A DNA stretch of 64,000 nt from a virus (lineage: Duplodnaviria; Caudoviricetes): the IMG/VR virus record IMGVR_UViG_3300027969_000041; one strand, given 5' to 3'. The notes below the pieces were generated by a model. That model did not search any database, was not told where the DNA came from, and saw only the letters and a list, made by a program, of their open reading frames with translations. Below, piece after piece: positions 1-8,922 of this stretch; the stretch's first letter is position 1, and every line of letters begins with the position of its first letter. Made by a program: the position numbers and the translations under genes.

Positions 1-2
1 TT

Positions 3-2672
3 TTACTCAAACGAGAAAAGCGAACCAAACGTATTTGTTTGGGTAGTAGAGTCTAGATCCCAGTCTAGTACTCCAATAAGGTTATCAAGTTTATTATTGA
101 TAATAGTTGCTTCCATTTCAGCATGATCAAATGGCAGATCTTGGAACCATTTAGGTAAGCGTAGTTCATCTACAGGATATGCAATACTGGTGTAACCTAA
201 CGGATTAGCTTTCACTTTGCAGACAATAACTTTCATACCATCTACTATTTGCATAGAATACTTGTCGCCGTTCATACGACGAAGGGTATTCCAATTAATA
301 CTAGCCCGAACGTGTCCTGGCATATTTGCCTTACCGGACTTTTCTTCTTTCTTTTGGTATTCAGCAATGTTGTTGGCACGTTTAGGACTACCCTTCTCCC
401 ATCCAGGACGAGATTTGAACTCAGTTCTAAATTCACTGATGCGATCTAGAATTTCTGTTTCTTGTGCGTTGTTAAGTACCTTTGTTAGAATCTCTTCTAA
501 GAATTTCTGCATAAATTCTGGTGTGTCACTACGCTTAAGATCTAAACCCATGGCCTTAATTTTACCTGGCTTGCCATCTACATCACTGCGTTTGCCTTCT
601 TTGTCATAGTACAACACAGCATATCGTTTTTTAGTAATAAACAATCCCTTGATGGCAACAATCTCGCGGCCTGCTTTAATAACTTCACCACGACTCTTTG
701 GACAGTGGTGTGCATCCAACATAAACTGCGGAAATGTACTATTAACTTCTTCAGCAATTGTATCATACAACTGTACTACAGTATCTTTATTCCATGTTAT
801 CTCTTTCTTTTCAATTTCCTTACGGAGACTTGAATAAGCACTAAAATAAGCAGAGTCTGTATCACCGTAGATAATACTTTTGCCTAAGTGATCATACTCG
901 CCCGTAACTACTTCATTGATTTTACTAGCCATGTGTCGAGCAATGCCGCGGCCTGTAAGGGTAGTGGATTGACCAATTCGATTATCAAAGAAGCGACAAC
1001 CGGCGTTAAGAATGGCACCATACAAACTATTAAGCAAAATCTTTTTAACGAGCTGTCGCTTGTCCCAATATTCTTCTTCAATTTTATTACCTGCCTTAAT
1101 TGCATCCTTAAGTTTTGCCTGCATCTCTTTACGCTCTGCGTACCACCGTTTTAGCAATCCAGGAATAATACCTTCACGTTCATGAGTAATGATTGTACCA
1201 TTAGCACTAAGCATCCACGGCTTACCACTTTCAAATATTAGTTCGTAGATTTGTGCTCCACTCATAATATCAGTTTCACCGTTTTCCCAGTCAATGATAA
1301 TGTCGTGACTGCGATCTTGAGTCATAACAAATTCATATTCGTTAGCACCAAACTTGCCCTCCCATGCAGCCGCAAAAGAGTTACCTTTGGCAATCTTTTC
1401 TTCGATTTCCGCTTTAGTATAATCTTGGCGTAACTGTCCTACAATGGTTTCTGGACCCATGTTCAATGCACGAATTACAGATGGATACAAACTGTTAATG
1501 TCCATTGATCCAATATAATCGTGCAGTCCTTTTTTAGGATAAGCAACATACGCACCAGCGGCCTGATTAACAGCGTCCTCGTCACGCTTAGGGCGACTAG
1601 GAACAATAAGTCCCCTTGCATGGGATTCGTTTACAATAGCCTGTTCAGTAACAGCGACAGCACCCATTGTAGTTTGTAGTAACACAGTATTCTCATGTGC
1701 AATAGTACTGGCAAGATCTAAGAACTTTAATTTTTTATCTAGCTTGTTTAACAATGCCGTATCTTGTCTATTATATTCAATAAACTTTCGGAAGTCATTG
1801 TTATAAAGTTGATCTAGTGTACCTTCGTAGACTGTCTTGCTCTCACCTACCTCAGTTTCTCCGATGGCATCCAGTCGATAAGTGTGTCGTTCTTCGTATG
1901 TGTACTTGCGGTACAATTCGAGACTATCCAAATGAACACGACCAACAAGGTCATAAGTAACAGCCGCTTTTCCATATTTTTCGTATTCTCTTTTCTTAGG
2001 GAATTGATCCCACAAACAAAATCTACGTGTATCTTCTTTGCTGAGAACTTTAGTAACACGATTAACAGTATAGGGGATATCAAAACCTTCGCTATTCCAC
2101 CCACTGAGTACATCGCTATCCTGAATTAAATCTAAGAACGCATCTAACATCTCCGCTTCTGTTTCGAACAACATAGTGTTAGGAAACTCTTTGACTTGTT
2201 CTTCTGCTTGCTCCATAGTCAGTGTCTTTGGCGGAACTGCAAGACATACTAGTGTATCCAACCATTGTAGGTGAACAGCAATAGCAGTGATTGGCATAAA
2301 AGCATCTTCTGGAGTGCTATAGCCACGTTCTGGATCAAAGTCCACCTCGATATCAAAAAATGCTACATTGAGTTTTGGAGCATCCTTGCCTAGATAGTTT
2401 TCTTCTAGACAACGGAATACTGGATTGATGTCACTTTCAAATAATTTGTGACTACTGTGAATTTTTTGTTCTTTGACAAACTCTTTCCAGTTACGTGCAG
2501 TAACTTTGTTAAGATTGTCTCCGTAAATGGATTTATACTTACCCCGTTGGTCTGGGTAATAGAACATATACTTTGCAGGATATTCTTGATAAAGTCTACC
2601 CTTCTTTGGATCACGTTCGATAACCTGAACAATGTCCTTTTCTCGGTCCCACCGAGCATCTACATAACTCAT
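3..2672 (-). CDS. Family B DNA polymerase (T4 gp43-like)
   Basis: Exo motifs DIEVD, NSEGFDIPY, YNRQD; pol motifs DINSLYPS, KILLNSLYG, YGDTDS. Start moved to MSYV at 2672 after an AAGGAG RBS. Confidence 0.97.
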   Translation of the reverse strand: MSYVDARWDREKDIVQVIERDPKKGRLYQEYPAKYMFYYPDQRGKYKSIYGDNLNKVTARNWKEFVKEQKIHSSHKLFESDINPVFRCLEENYLGKDAPKLNVAFFDIEVDFDPERGYSTPEDAFMPITAIAVHLQWLDTLVCLAVPPKTLTMEQAEEQVKEFPNTMLFETEAEMLDAFLDLIQDSDVLSGWNSEGFDIPYTVNRVTKVLSKEDTRRFCLWDQFPKKREYEKYGKAAVTYDLVGRVHLDSLELYRKYTYEERHTYRLDAIGETEVGESKTVYEGTLDQLYNNDFRKFIEYNRQDTALLNKLDKKLKFLDLASTIAHENTVLLQTTMGAVAVTEQAIVNESHARGLIVPSRPKRDEDAVNQAAGAYVAYPKKGLHDYIGSMDINSLYPSVIRALNMGPETIVGQLRQDYTKAEIEEKIAKGNSFAAAWEGKFGANEYEFVMTQDRSHDIIIDWENGETDIMSGAQIYELIFESGKPWMLSANGTIITHEREGIIPGLLKRWYAERKEMQAKLKDAIKAGNKIEEEYWDKRQLVKKILLNSLYGAILNAGCRFFDNRIGQSTTLTGRGIARHMASKINEVVTGEYDHLGKSIIYGDTDSAYFSAYSSLRKEIEKKEITWNKDTVVQLYDTIAEEVNSTFPQFMLDAHHCPKSRGEVIKAGREIVAIKGLFITKKRYAVLYYDKEGKRSDVDGKPGKIKAMGLDLKRSDTPEFMQKFLEEILTKVLNNAQETEILDRISEFRTEFKSRPGWEKGSPKRANNIAEYQKKEEKSGKANMPGHVRASINWNTLRRMNGDKYSMQIVDGMKVIVCKVKANPLGYTSIAYPVDELRLPKWFQDLPFDHAEMEATIINNKLDNLIGVLDWDLDSTTQTNTFGSLFSFE

Positions 2673-2743
2673 ATTTTCTCCTTTGTGTAATTTGCGGCCT
2701 ACACATACCTCTATGATCATTTGTGGCTGATCAAACCTTTCTC

Positions 2744-3034
2744 TTACATATTTATTAGTCTAATGTAGCCAATAAGATCAATAGTGACTAATAGAATATA
2801 ATTTGCTACCATACCTGTACTCTTACGTGTCCAAGCAGCCCATCCAAAGATGGCGCATTGTGTAATGAATATTGGATATAACCAAATAAACAATGGATCA
2901 GTTGCGCCGGCGGCAAGTGTAAGAGAGCAGCCGAGACTCATAGCCCATGCTGTAATTTCTAAAACAAAACGAGTAGGCCAAACTTTATAATCGGTCTTAG
3001 CCCATTCTATAATACCACTTAACAATTTATTCAT
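2744..3034 (-). CDS. Small membrane protein
   Basis: 96-aa ORF with about three hydrophobic segments, overlapping the upstream gene. Confidence 0.7.
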   Translation of the reverse strand: MNKLLSGIIEWAKTDYKVWPTRFVLEITAWAMSLGCSLTLAAGATDPLFIWLYPIFITQCAIFGWAAWTRKSTGMVANYILLVTIDLIGYIRLINM

Positions 3035-3659
3035 CGAGATTTTCTAACAACAAGTTAATGTTAATTACCATTCTATATTCGCTGTCTACCGGCGTCCAAT
3101 TGCAATGATAGTATGTAGAATCGAATATAAAAAGTTGTCCTTGCTTGGGTGTAACTTCCATTAATACTTTTGGCATTTCATCTAACTGTGTAAAAATATT
3201 TGTTTTTTTATCAAATAAAACAGTATTGCCATCAGCTGTGTTTACATAATATAATAGCGATATAAACTTTGAACCTTTTGGAAGAGCAACATTTTCTGGT
3301 ATTGTCATATCAGTATGAGGTGTTCTTAGACTTGATGTTTTATCTGGTGTATCAAAGTTTGCCTGTGCTCGTTCAACATAGTTAACAACATAATCTGTTC
3401 CTTCTAAGAACTTAAAAAGTATATAGTCAACTATCTTAACATTTTTATTAAGAGGCTGTCCGCCCTGAATAAAATAATAACTAAAAATATGTCGATCTGC
3501 AGGAAACACATCGTTACAGATTGCTGGATCGACTGAATGCGGCCTAAAAGACCATAGGCCTTCTGCTTTTAGTGTTTCTAAAAGAAATTCCTGATCTTCT
3601 TCATCTAAAAAATTATCGATTACAATTGGATCGAAATCTTTTTTAAGTTGAATAGGCAT
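3027..3659 (-). CDS. 2OG-Fe(II) oxygenase-like protein
   Basis: PHTD ... YYH facial triad, LLYYVN and RMVININ strands typical of phage 2OG oxygenases. Confidence 0.8.
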   Translation of the reverse strand: MPIQLKKDFDPIVIDNFLDEEDQEFLLETLKAEGLWSFRPHSVDPAICNDVFPADRHIFSYYFIQGGQPLNKNVKIVDYILFKFLEGTDYVVNYVERAQANFDTPDKTSSLRTPHTDMTIPENVALPKGSKFISLLYYVNTADGNTVLFDKKTNIFTQLDEMPKVLMEVTPKQGQLFIFDSTYYHCNWTPVDSEYRMVININLLLENLDE

Positions 3660-3928
3660 TAGTCTTCCTTGCGAAAACTATGACCGCTGATGTCGACAAT
3701 AGTTTCAAGATCGTCAAACTCGCGGAATACTTGATCCCATGTATCTTTCTGTGCAATCTTAATTGCTTTTTTAATCACGCTAGGTTTAACTTCTAGTTCT
3801 TCTGCTACTGCTTTAATTGTTTCGTTCAATCCTTCTGTAAGGTCTTGAATCTCTTGCATGACAGTCATGCCTTCTGCTACGATTTGTTTAATCTTAGCTT
3901 GTTCCGGTGCGCCAAATGCTTTGCCCAT
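3659..3928 (-). CDS. DsbA/GapR-like dsDNA-binding protein
   Basis: Coiled coil followed by VAEELEVKPSVIKKAIKIA; start moved to 3928 after AAGGAG. Confidence 0.6.
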   Translation of the reverse strand: MGKAFGAPEQAKIKQIVAEGMTVMQEIQDLTEGLNETIKAVAEELEVKPSVIKKAIKIAQKDTWDQVFREFDDLETIVDISGHSFRKED

Positions 3929-3977
3929 AAAAAATCTCCTTGTAAGTAAGTATATACTAAGCAAGGAGACAAGTCAA
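3929..3977 (-). promoter_or_regulatory. sigma70 promoter inside an RBS-occluding, terminator-like hairpin
   Basis: TTGACT(3977-3972)-N17-TATACT(3954-3949); 8-bp inverted repeat 3935-3942/3962-3969 followed by T6. Confidence 0.8.
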
Positions 3978-3985
3978 TGGTTATT

Positions 3986-4528
3986 TTATAAACGGGCGTC
4001 TATAATATTCCAATTGATAATTTTCCAATGATTTGTGAGATACCCTTTTTTGTCTGCTTGATAATCCAATGCCCAAGCATGTTCCCACCAATCGATTAAT
4101 AATATTATATCGTTCTTAATTTGATGATTGACAATAGTTTTGATCTCACCATTCTTGGCAAGATACACCCATCCACTGCCCTGTATGCCCATGGCAACTT
4201 TGGTAAATTCTTCTTTGAACTGGTCAAATGATTTGAAATGTTGCTCAATAAACTCTTTGGATGCTCCAACTGGTTCGTTTGTTTCATCTGGAATTTGTAG
4301 TTGCGGAAAATAGATACTATGTAAGTATGCACCTGCTTCGTTAAAATCTAAGTCACCTTCGCCTGCGTTGAAACGATTAACATAAGTTCTGTACAGTTTG
4401 CCATAATGATAATCTATAGCGTCTTCGCTTAGGCAAGGCTCTAGCGCATCGCGAGCATAGGATAACTTCACTTGTTCAAGTGGTTTAACCTCTTTACCCT
4501 CTACAACATATTTTATAAAATTAAACAT
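3986..4528 (-). CDS. Fe/Mn superoxide dismutase
   Basis: HYGKLYRTYV, LHSIYF, GIQGSGWVYL, DWWEHAW; all four metal ligands appear present. Confidence 0.93.
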   Translation of the reverse strand: MFNFIKYVVEGKEVKPLEQVKLSYARDALEPCLSEDAIDYHYGKLYRTYVNRFNAGEGDLDFNEAGAYLHSIYFPQLQIPDETNEPVGASKEFIEQHFKSFDQFKEEFTKVAMGIQGSGWVYLAKNGEIKTIVNHQIKNDIILLIDWWEHAWALDYQADKKGYLTNHWKIINWNIIDARL

Positions 4529-5127
4529 TATTTCTTTTTACCTGAACGCATATTGGCTTGCCAATGTGCAAGTTGCCCTTTACGACCACCTTGTTTGGCA
4601 ATCTTTCTTAAACTGCTGATACTAGCATGTTTAGGAATACCGTGTCTAGCACTATCACCTTTGTCTTGCGGATTACGACCGTCAGCGAAGTTTTCCTCTA
4701 CATCCTGCTGACCTTCTATAGTCAATCTGTCTAATGCTATCGGATTTAATACAACATTTGGTTTCAAGCCCTTGCTGCTGGCATAGGCCACATACACTTG
4801 ATCTGTAGGTTCTATAACAAAACTTACACAATGCTTACCGGGCCAGTCTGGTTTGCCCACACTAAACCAAATGCCTATGACAGGAATAAATGGATGTTCA
4901 TCTGTGCTCAACCGACCATATTCTCGTTCGCCTGTGGCATCACGGCGTGGCTTTAGTCCTCCACTTTTCTTAATTGCTTCTAGCCTATTAGTACAATGAT
5001 AAACTCGTTGACCTACTATGTCCTGTCCAGGAAATAGATTTGTACCAGGAATATTCTTGGGGGGTCTAAGTCCTTGGTAGTTGGTAAATCCTTCGGCAAA
5101 GTTTTCAATTAGTTCTTGAATTTTCAT
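4528..5127 (-). CDS. Putative head-internal protein: ADP-ribosyltransferase-like domain plus basic C-terminal module
   Basis: VYHCT..IKKSGGLKP..GIWFS resembles ART/PARP-like strands; N-terminus MKIQELIE; start 5127 after AGAGG. Confidence 0.55.
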   Translation of the reverse strand: MKIQELIENFAEGFTNYQGLRPPKNIPGTNLFPGQDIVGQRVYHCTNRLEAIKKSGGLKPRRDATGEREYGRLSTDEHPFIPVIGIWFSVGKPDWPGKHCVSFVIEPTDQVYVAYASSKGLKPNVVLNPIALDRLTIEGQQDVEENFADGRNPQDKGDSARHGIPKHASISSLRKIAKQGGRKGQLAHWQANMRSGKKK

Positions 5128-5128
5128 A

Positions 5129-5716
5129 TTACCTCTTAGGAGGTTGAGCACTGGCTACCATGCCGTTATAGTCAGCGTTCTTAAATTGAGGAATAGTATT
5201 CATAGCAATAGTTTCAGCTTCTCTAGCATGACTTGCTTTAATTTTAACTGCTGGTATCTCAGGAAACTCTAAACTGTAGACCCAAAATTCAAGTCCGGGT
5301 TTAGTCACTGTAAATGATTCCCCGTAGTGTTGTAGGTCCCAACTTGGTAATAATCTTTTTACCATTTTTGCGTATAAGCCTTGTCTTGAACCTTCTTTGG
5401 CAGCAAAGGTTAATCGTCTTACTGCGCCTTTTCTATCTGCTAGGAATGTTTTTAGAATATCAACTACTGTACCAAAAACTTCTGCGGCATTGCCCGTACC
5501 TGTAACACCCCATGTAGCATTTCCAGAAGATTCTACTTTAGCTGTAAATTCAATTTCCCAATCTCCCGGCGCCTCGTCCGAATCTTGTGCAGCAAAGAAT
5601 TTATAAGGAACTCCGCCAATTTCAAAATTAGCTATTGCTTGGTTGTCATCTTGAAATGTCCACTGCCATTGTTTATTGCCAGTGAACAATTCTGCAATAA
5701 ATTCATCGGCTCTCAT
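5129..5716 (-). CDS. Putative head-internal protein (possible GNAT-like fold)
   Basis: Starts MRADEFIAE at an ATGA overlap, resembling the T4 capsid-targeting sequence; the fold call is weak. Confidence 0.55.
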   Translation of the reverse strand: MRADEFIAELFTGNKQWQWTFQDDNQAIANFEIGGVPYKFFAAQDSDEAPGDWEIEFTAKVESSGNATWGVTGTGNAAEVFGTVVDILKTFLADRKGAVRRLTFAAKEGSRQGLYAKMVKRLLPSWDLQHYGESFTVTKPGLEFWVYSLEFPEIPAVKIKASHAREAETIAMNTIPQFKNADYNGMVASAQPPKR

Positions 5717-6507
5717 TCGCAGTTCCACTTTCTTAATGCTAGAGCTTTGCGTGTAGGTTCACCGTTGGGCTTTTTCATTGGCCCTTTACTGCCACCCATT
5801 CTAGCACAAAATGATTTACGACGCTTGGCCGCCTTGCTTCCGGGTTTAAGTTTGCTAGGTTTAGTAGTAACTGCTGTTTGTAATTTGCTGCCTGGATTTT
5901 CTCTACGATAGCTAGCAACACCTTTAGCATTTAAGCCACCGTTCTTGTTCTTGCCTGCCTTGCGATGCCAAGCAGCTGATTCGGCAACATGACCATCTAA
6001 GAATGTATCGGCAAACTTTTTACAAAGAGTGCGTATAGCAGGATTGCGAGTTTCTTCTAAAGTAAATGTGCGTTCATCATGCTTATCATCACCTTGACTT
6101 GGGTCTTGATATCCGCAATATACTTTATGTACTATGGAGTCATTAATTAGTTCTGTACAGCTTTCGCCATAGCGTCCGTCTGCTGTAATATCACTGTGCT
6201 CGCTACATGGACTAAGAGTTGTAATAATGATACTACCTTTTGGCACAGGTTGACCATAATTACTTTCATATTCTTCAATGGCAGCTCTTTCTGCGTGTAC
6301 TCGACTACCATCTTCGTTGGGATAATTTACAGAGGCAGCTAAATTATTATCAGGATCTAGAACACCGGCAGCAACCATACCGTAGTGTTTGCTGTCCTCT
6401 TGTTGTCCTTCGATAACCATCTCACATAACTTAACTAGTATTTGATCTAGTTTTTCGTGGTTATGTATTTCGTAGTCATCTGACTCTAATAAATCGGTTA
6501 TTTTCAT
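5713..6507 (-). CDS. Zn-dependent deaminase (RibD/CDA-like) fused to a basic phage module
   Basis: HAERAAI and TTLSPC..C motifs; C-terminal SAAWHRKAGKN...RKWNC basic module after GHVAE. Confidence 0.8.
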   Translation of the reverse strand: MKITDLLESDDYEIHNHEKLDQILVKLCEMVIEGQQEDSKHYGMVAAGVLDPDNNLAASVNYPNEDGSRVHAERAAIEEYESNYGQPVPKGSIIITTLSPCSEHSDITADGRYGESCTELINDSIVHKVYCGYQDPSQGDDKHDERTFTLEETRNPAIRTLCKKFADTFLDGHVAESAAWHRKAGKNKNGGLNAKGVASYRRENPGSKLQTAVTTKPSKLKPGSKAAKRRKSFCARMGGSKGPMKKPNGEPTRKALALRKWNCE

Positions 6508-7859
6508 TTCTTCTTAGGAACACGGATTGGTAGTTTGCTGATGTCGTGACCTTGGTCTGCATTGGCAAATTCTTGTCCAACGTTTTGTTTGACTTTTACT
6601 TTTTGTGCAAATTGTGGATTATTTGCAACACCTACCATTAAGTTATGCTGTGCTTGACTAACAGAACGCTCTAACATGTTTGTCAGTGATTCCATATAAG
6701 CATCTTCATCTACTAGAGATATCATAGCATTAGAAAGATCTACACCGGCTGCTGCCTGTCCTCTGCCCCATTTAATTAAGTTACTACGACCCGTAATAGG
6801 TTGAGGATTTAATGGCTTACCGTCAATGGTAAGATTGTATTTTCTAAATTCTCTAGGATCATCTTCGCCTTCGGGATCTCTTGGCCCCCGACTAAACCCT
6901 GTAGTGTTGGCGTGATAGTTATTCCTATATACCCCTTCTACCTTGGCTTTTAATTCTGCTAAACGGGCTTGTAATTCTTCCTTCATTAAAGAATCATTGC
7001 CAGTCTGACGTTCTACTTCACGCTCTTTATCACTGATCATAAAGTTCATAATACCAACAACTGATTCTTGTGCCTGACTAAGTTTCATCTGTACCCATTC
7101 TGGTAAATCTTCTTCATCACCGATAGCATGTTCTAAATGTTTTAAGACTCGTAGCATAGTATGGATTTGATTCTTTACAAAACTACCTTCCATACTGTCG
7201 TGGTCTTGTGGATCAATGGTATCTAATTCTGTATCCGATACGTTGCCTTGATCGTCTTCCGCCACACCTTGCCCTAATGGACTTTTTGGTGGAACATATT
7301 TCTTTCCAGTCCTCGGATCCACTCTCTGCGAGGGGTGATTTCCATAGCCTTGTTCCGCCACACCTTGCTGATCTTTTTGTAACCAATCATAAACACTTAC
7401 TAGGTCACTGGGAAAGTCTTCGTCATAGTTAAATACAGACATAGCTCTTTTATTACCTAGGTCTTTTACTGCTATAGGCCAAGCTGCATCTAATATTGCG
7501 TTCTCGTCTTTGATATTTGGATTTGCGCCAAACACTTGTTTTGCTAAATCTTCAGCATATGAAGATTCTGCTAGAGGCTTTTTATGTTTTACATCACCTT
7601 GCTTCATTGCTTTTTTCTTATCTTTGTGTTGACCAGCACCACCCATCTTGGCGTTCTTAGCAACAAAGTTACGAGGCTTTGGAGTTTCTTTCTTTTCTTG
7701 TGCAAGGATGTTATCGCCCGGTGGGTTGCGTCTTTGCATACCGCCTAGTGTACTATCCATACTTGCAATGTCGCTTGTACTAGAACTTCCACCTGTTGCG
7801 CTTTCTAATGTGTAAACAGTTTGTTCTTTAGATTTTGTAACTTTAAATTCGTGTTTCAT
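6504..7859 (-). CDS. Modular putative head-internal polyprotein
   Basis: Short modules separated by TLE, LAE, QGVAE (twice), MKE, MLE; no catalytic motif recognised. Confidence 0.6.
   Translation of the reverse strand: MKHEFKVTKSKEQTVYTLESATGGSSSTSDIASMDSTLGGMQRRNPPGDNILAQEKKETPKPRNFVAKNAKMGGAGQHKDKKKAMKQGDVKHKKPLAESSYAEDLAKQVFGANPNIKDENAILDAAWPIAVKDLGNKRAMSVFNYDEDFPSDLVSVYDWLQKDQQGVAEQGYGNHPSQRVDPRTGKKYVPPKSPLGQGVAEDDQGNVSDTELDTIDPQDHDSMEGSFVKNQIHTMLRVLKHLEHAIGDEEDLPEWVQMKLSQAQESVVGIMNFMISDKEREVERQTGNDSLMKEELQARLAELKAKVEGVYRNNYHANTTGFSRGPRDPEGEDDPREFRKYNLTIDGKPLNPQPITGRSNLIKWGRGQAAAGVDLSNAMISLVDEDAYMESLTNMLERSVSQAQHNLMVGVANNPQFAQKVKVKQNVGQEFANADQGHDISKLPIRVPKKK
7257..7271 (-). repeat. QGVAE junction repeat, copy 1
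   Basis: CAAGGTGTGGCGGAA on the minus strand. Confidence 0.9.
7353..7367 (-). repeat. QGVAE junction repeat, copy 2
   Basis: CAAGGTGTGGCGGAA, identical to copy 1. Confidence 0.9.
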
Positions 7860-8212
7860 TTTTTCATCCAGTTTGCTACAGGACTTACAGTATATACGTT
7901 GTCCATTTCTTGACTGCGACTATTAGTCCAAACTTGCTTACTACCGTCACCAACTTGTTGTGAAGCATAATTAATGATATCCATTTCGGCCTCTGTGTAA
8001 GGTGCTAATAACGGATCACCACCGATCCAGTTTTCTGCTTTAGTAGGAAATTCAGGAGCACCTGCCATTGCCAATCCAAAACGATAATGTAACCGAGCAC
8101 TGCCGTGATTCATATTCTGTGCAGGCATTGTGGTTACACTTCTCATAGAAGACTTTACATTTTTAGAAATCTTCTTTATCCCGCCTTCGACAACAAATTC
8201 TTGTGCTCTCAT
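7856..8212 (-). CDS. Putative head-internal protein
   Basis: Starts MRAQEFVVE, a CTS-like N-terminus. Confidence 0.6.
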   Translation of the reverse strand: MRAQEFVVEGGIKKISKNVKSSMRSVTTMPAQNMNHGSARLHYRFGLAMAGAPEFPTKAENWIGGDPLLAPYTEAEMDIINYASQQVGDGSKQVWTNSRSQEMDNVYTVSPVANWMKK

Positions 8213-8213
8213 A

Positions 8214-8654
8214 TTAATTACTCTTTAGACTAGCACGTAGGAACCAACCGTGTTTTTCGTGTGCGTCCATGCGTTCTGCTAGGAAATTGCTGAAGCCATG
8301 CTTACCGGCAGCTTCTGCGGCATCGTATGTTTTCTTTAGGATAATAATCATCTTTTCATTATCCATTAATAATTCTTGCATCATTGCACCTGGAAGAAGA
8401 ATTTCAGTTTCGTCTTCTACCTTGCTCAACATATTAAACCGTGATAAACTAGCAGGAGTATATGTTTCTATTTTGCGAATATTTTCTGCAAAGTTGTCAA
8501 TGCTGCCGTATACTTCTGTATAGATAACATCAAATAATTGATGATATTCGTAAAAGTCTTTACCTTCTACATTCCAGTGAAAGTTCTGTGCTTTTAGCGC
8601 AAAACTAAATTCACTGGCGAAGGCAATTTTTGCAATTTGTTGTAGCTGTTCCAT
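8214..8654 (-). CDS. dps: Dps/ferritin-like protein
   Basis: KAQNFHWNVEG, EYHQLFD, D..AE.IR, HEKHGWFL; start moved to 8654. Confidence 0.93.
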   Translation of the reverse strand: MEQLQQIAKIAFASEFSFALKAQNFHWNVEGKDFYEYHQLFDVIYTEVYGSIDNFAENIRKIETYTPASLSRFNMLSKVEDETEILLPGAMMQELLMDNEKMIIILKKTYDAAEAAGKHGFSNFLAERMDAHEKHGWFLRASLKSN

Positions 8655-8661
8655 GATACTA

Positions 8662-8670
8662 TATTTATTA
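8662..8670 (-). promoter_or_regulatory. T4-like late promoter (TAATAAATA)
   Basis: Motif 7 nt before the dps ATG; similar to T4 TATAAATA. Confidence 0.6.
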
Positions 8671-8922
8671 TTTTCCAAACCATAACTTAAACCATTCATC
8701 TGTGCCTGGTTTAATGTTTTGTTCTCGTTGTATTTGCCCTTTATTGCTGCCTACAACAGGCTGTCTTAGTGTAGCTCTATATTCTGATAGGCGCTCTGCA
8801 ACCCCTAATCCACCCATCATAGCGGCAGCTTTTAATTCGTGTATAGGATCTTCCGGAGCAAGATAAGCATCTTCTGCACTATCTTGTACTAGATCATCTA
8901 CGGTTATTCTGTATTGCTTCAT
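8668..8922 (-). CDS. Hypothetical phage protein
   Basis: 84-aa ORF ending IKPGTDEWFKLWFG, in operon. Confidence 0.75.
   Translation of the reverse strand: MKQYRITVDDLVQDSAEDAYLAPEDPIHELKAAAMMGGLGVAERLSEYRATLRQPVVGSNKGQIQREQNIKPGTDEWFKLWFGK

Noticed and set aside
3-2672. Intein or intron in the polymerase
   Set aside because: The motifs are contiguous at normal spacing, with no splice or homing-endonuclease signatures.
217-2690. Plus-strand and alternative-frame ORFs overlapping the polymerase; similar ones over clpA, dnaJ, the 1262-aa gene and others
   Set aside because: They are antisense shadows of well-supported genes, with no RBS or motifs.
2749-2757. TAATAAATA upstream of the polymerase as a late promoter
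   Set aside because: It lies within the last codons of a gene (LINM-stop) and may be chance; it cannot be supported.
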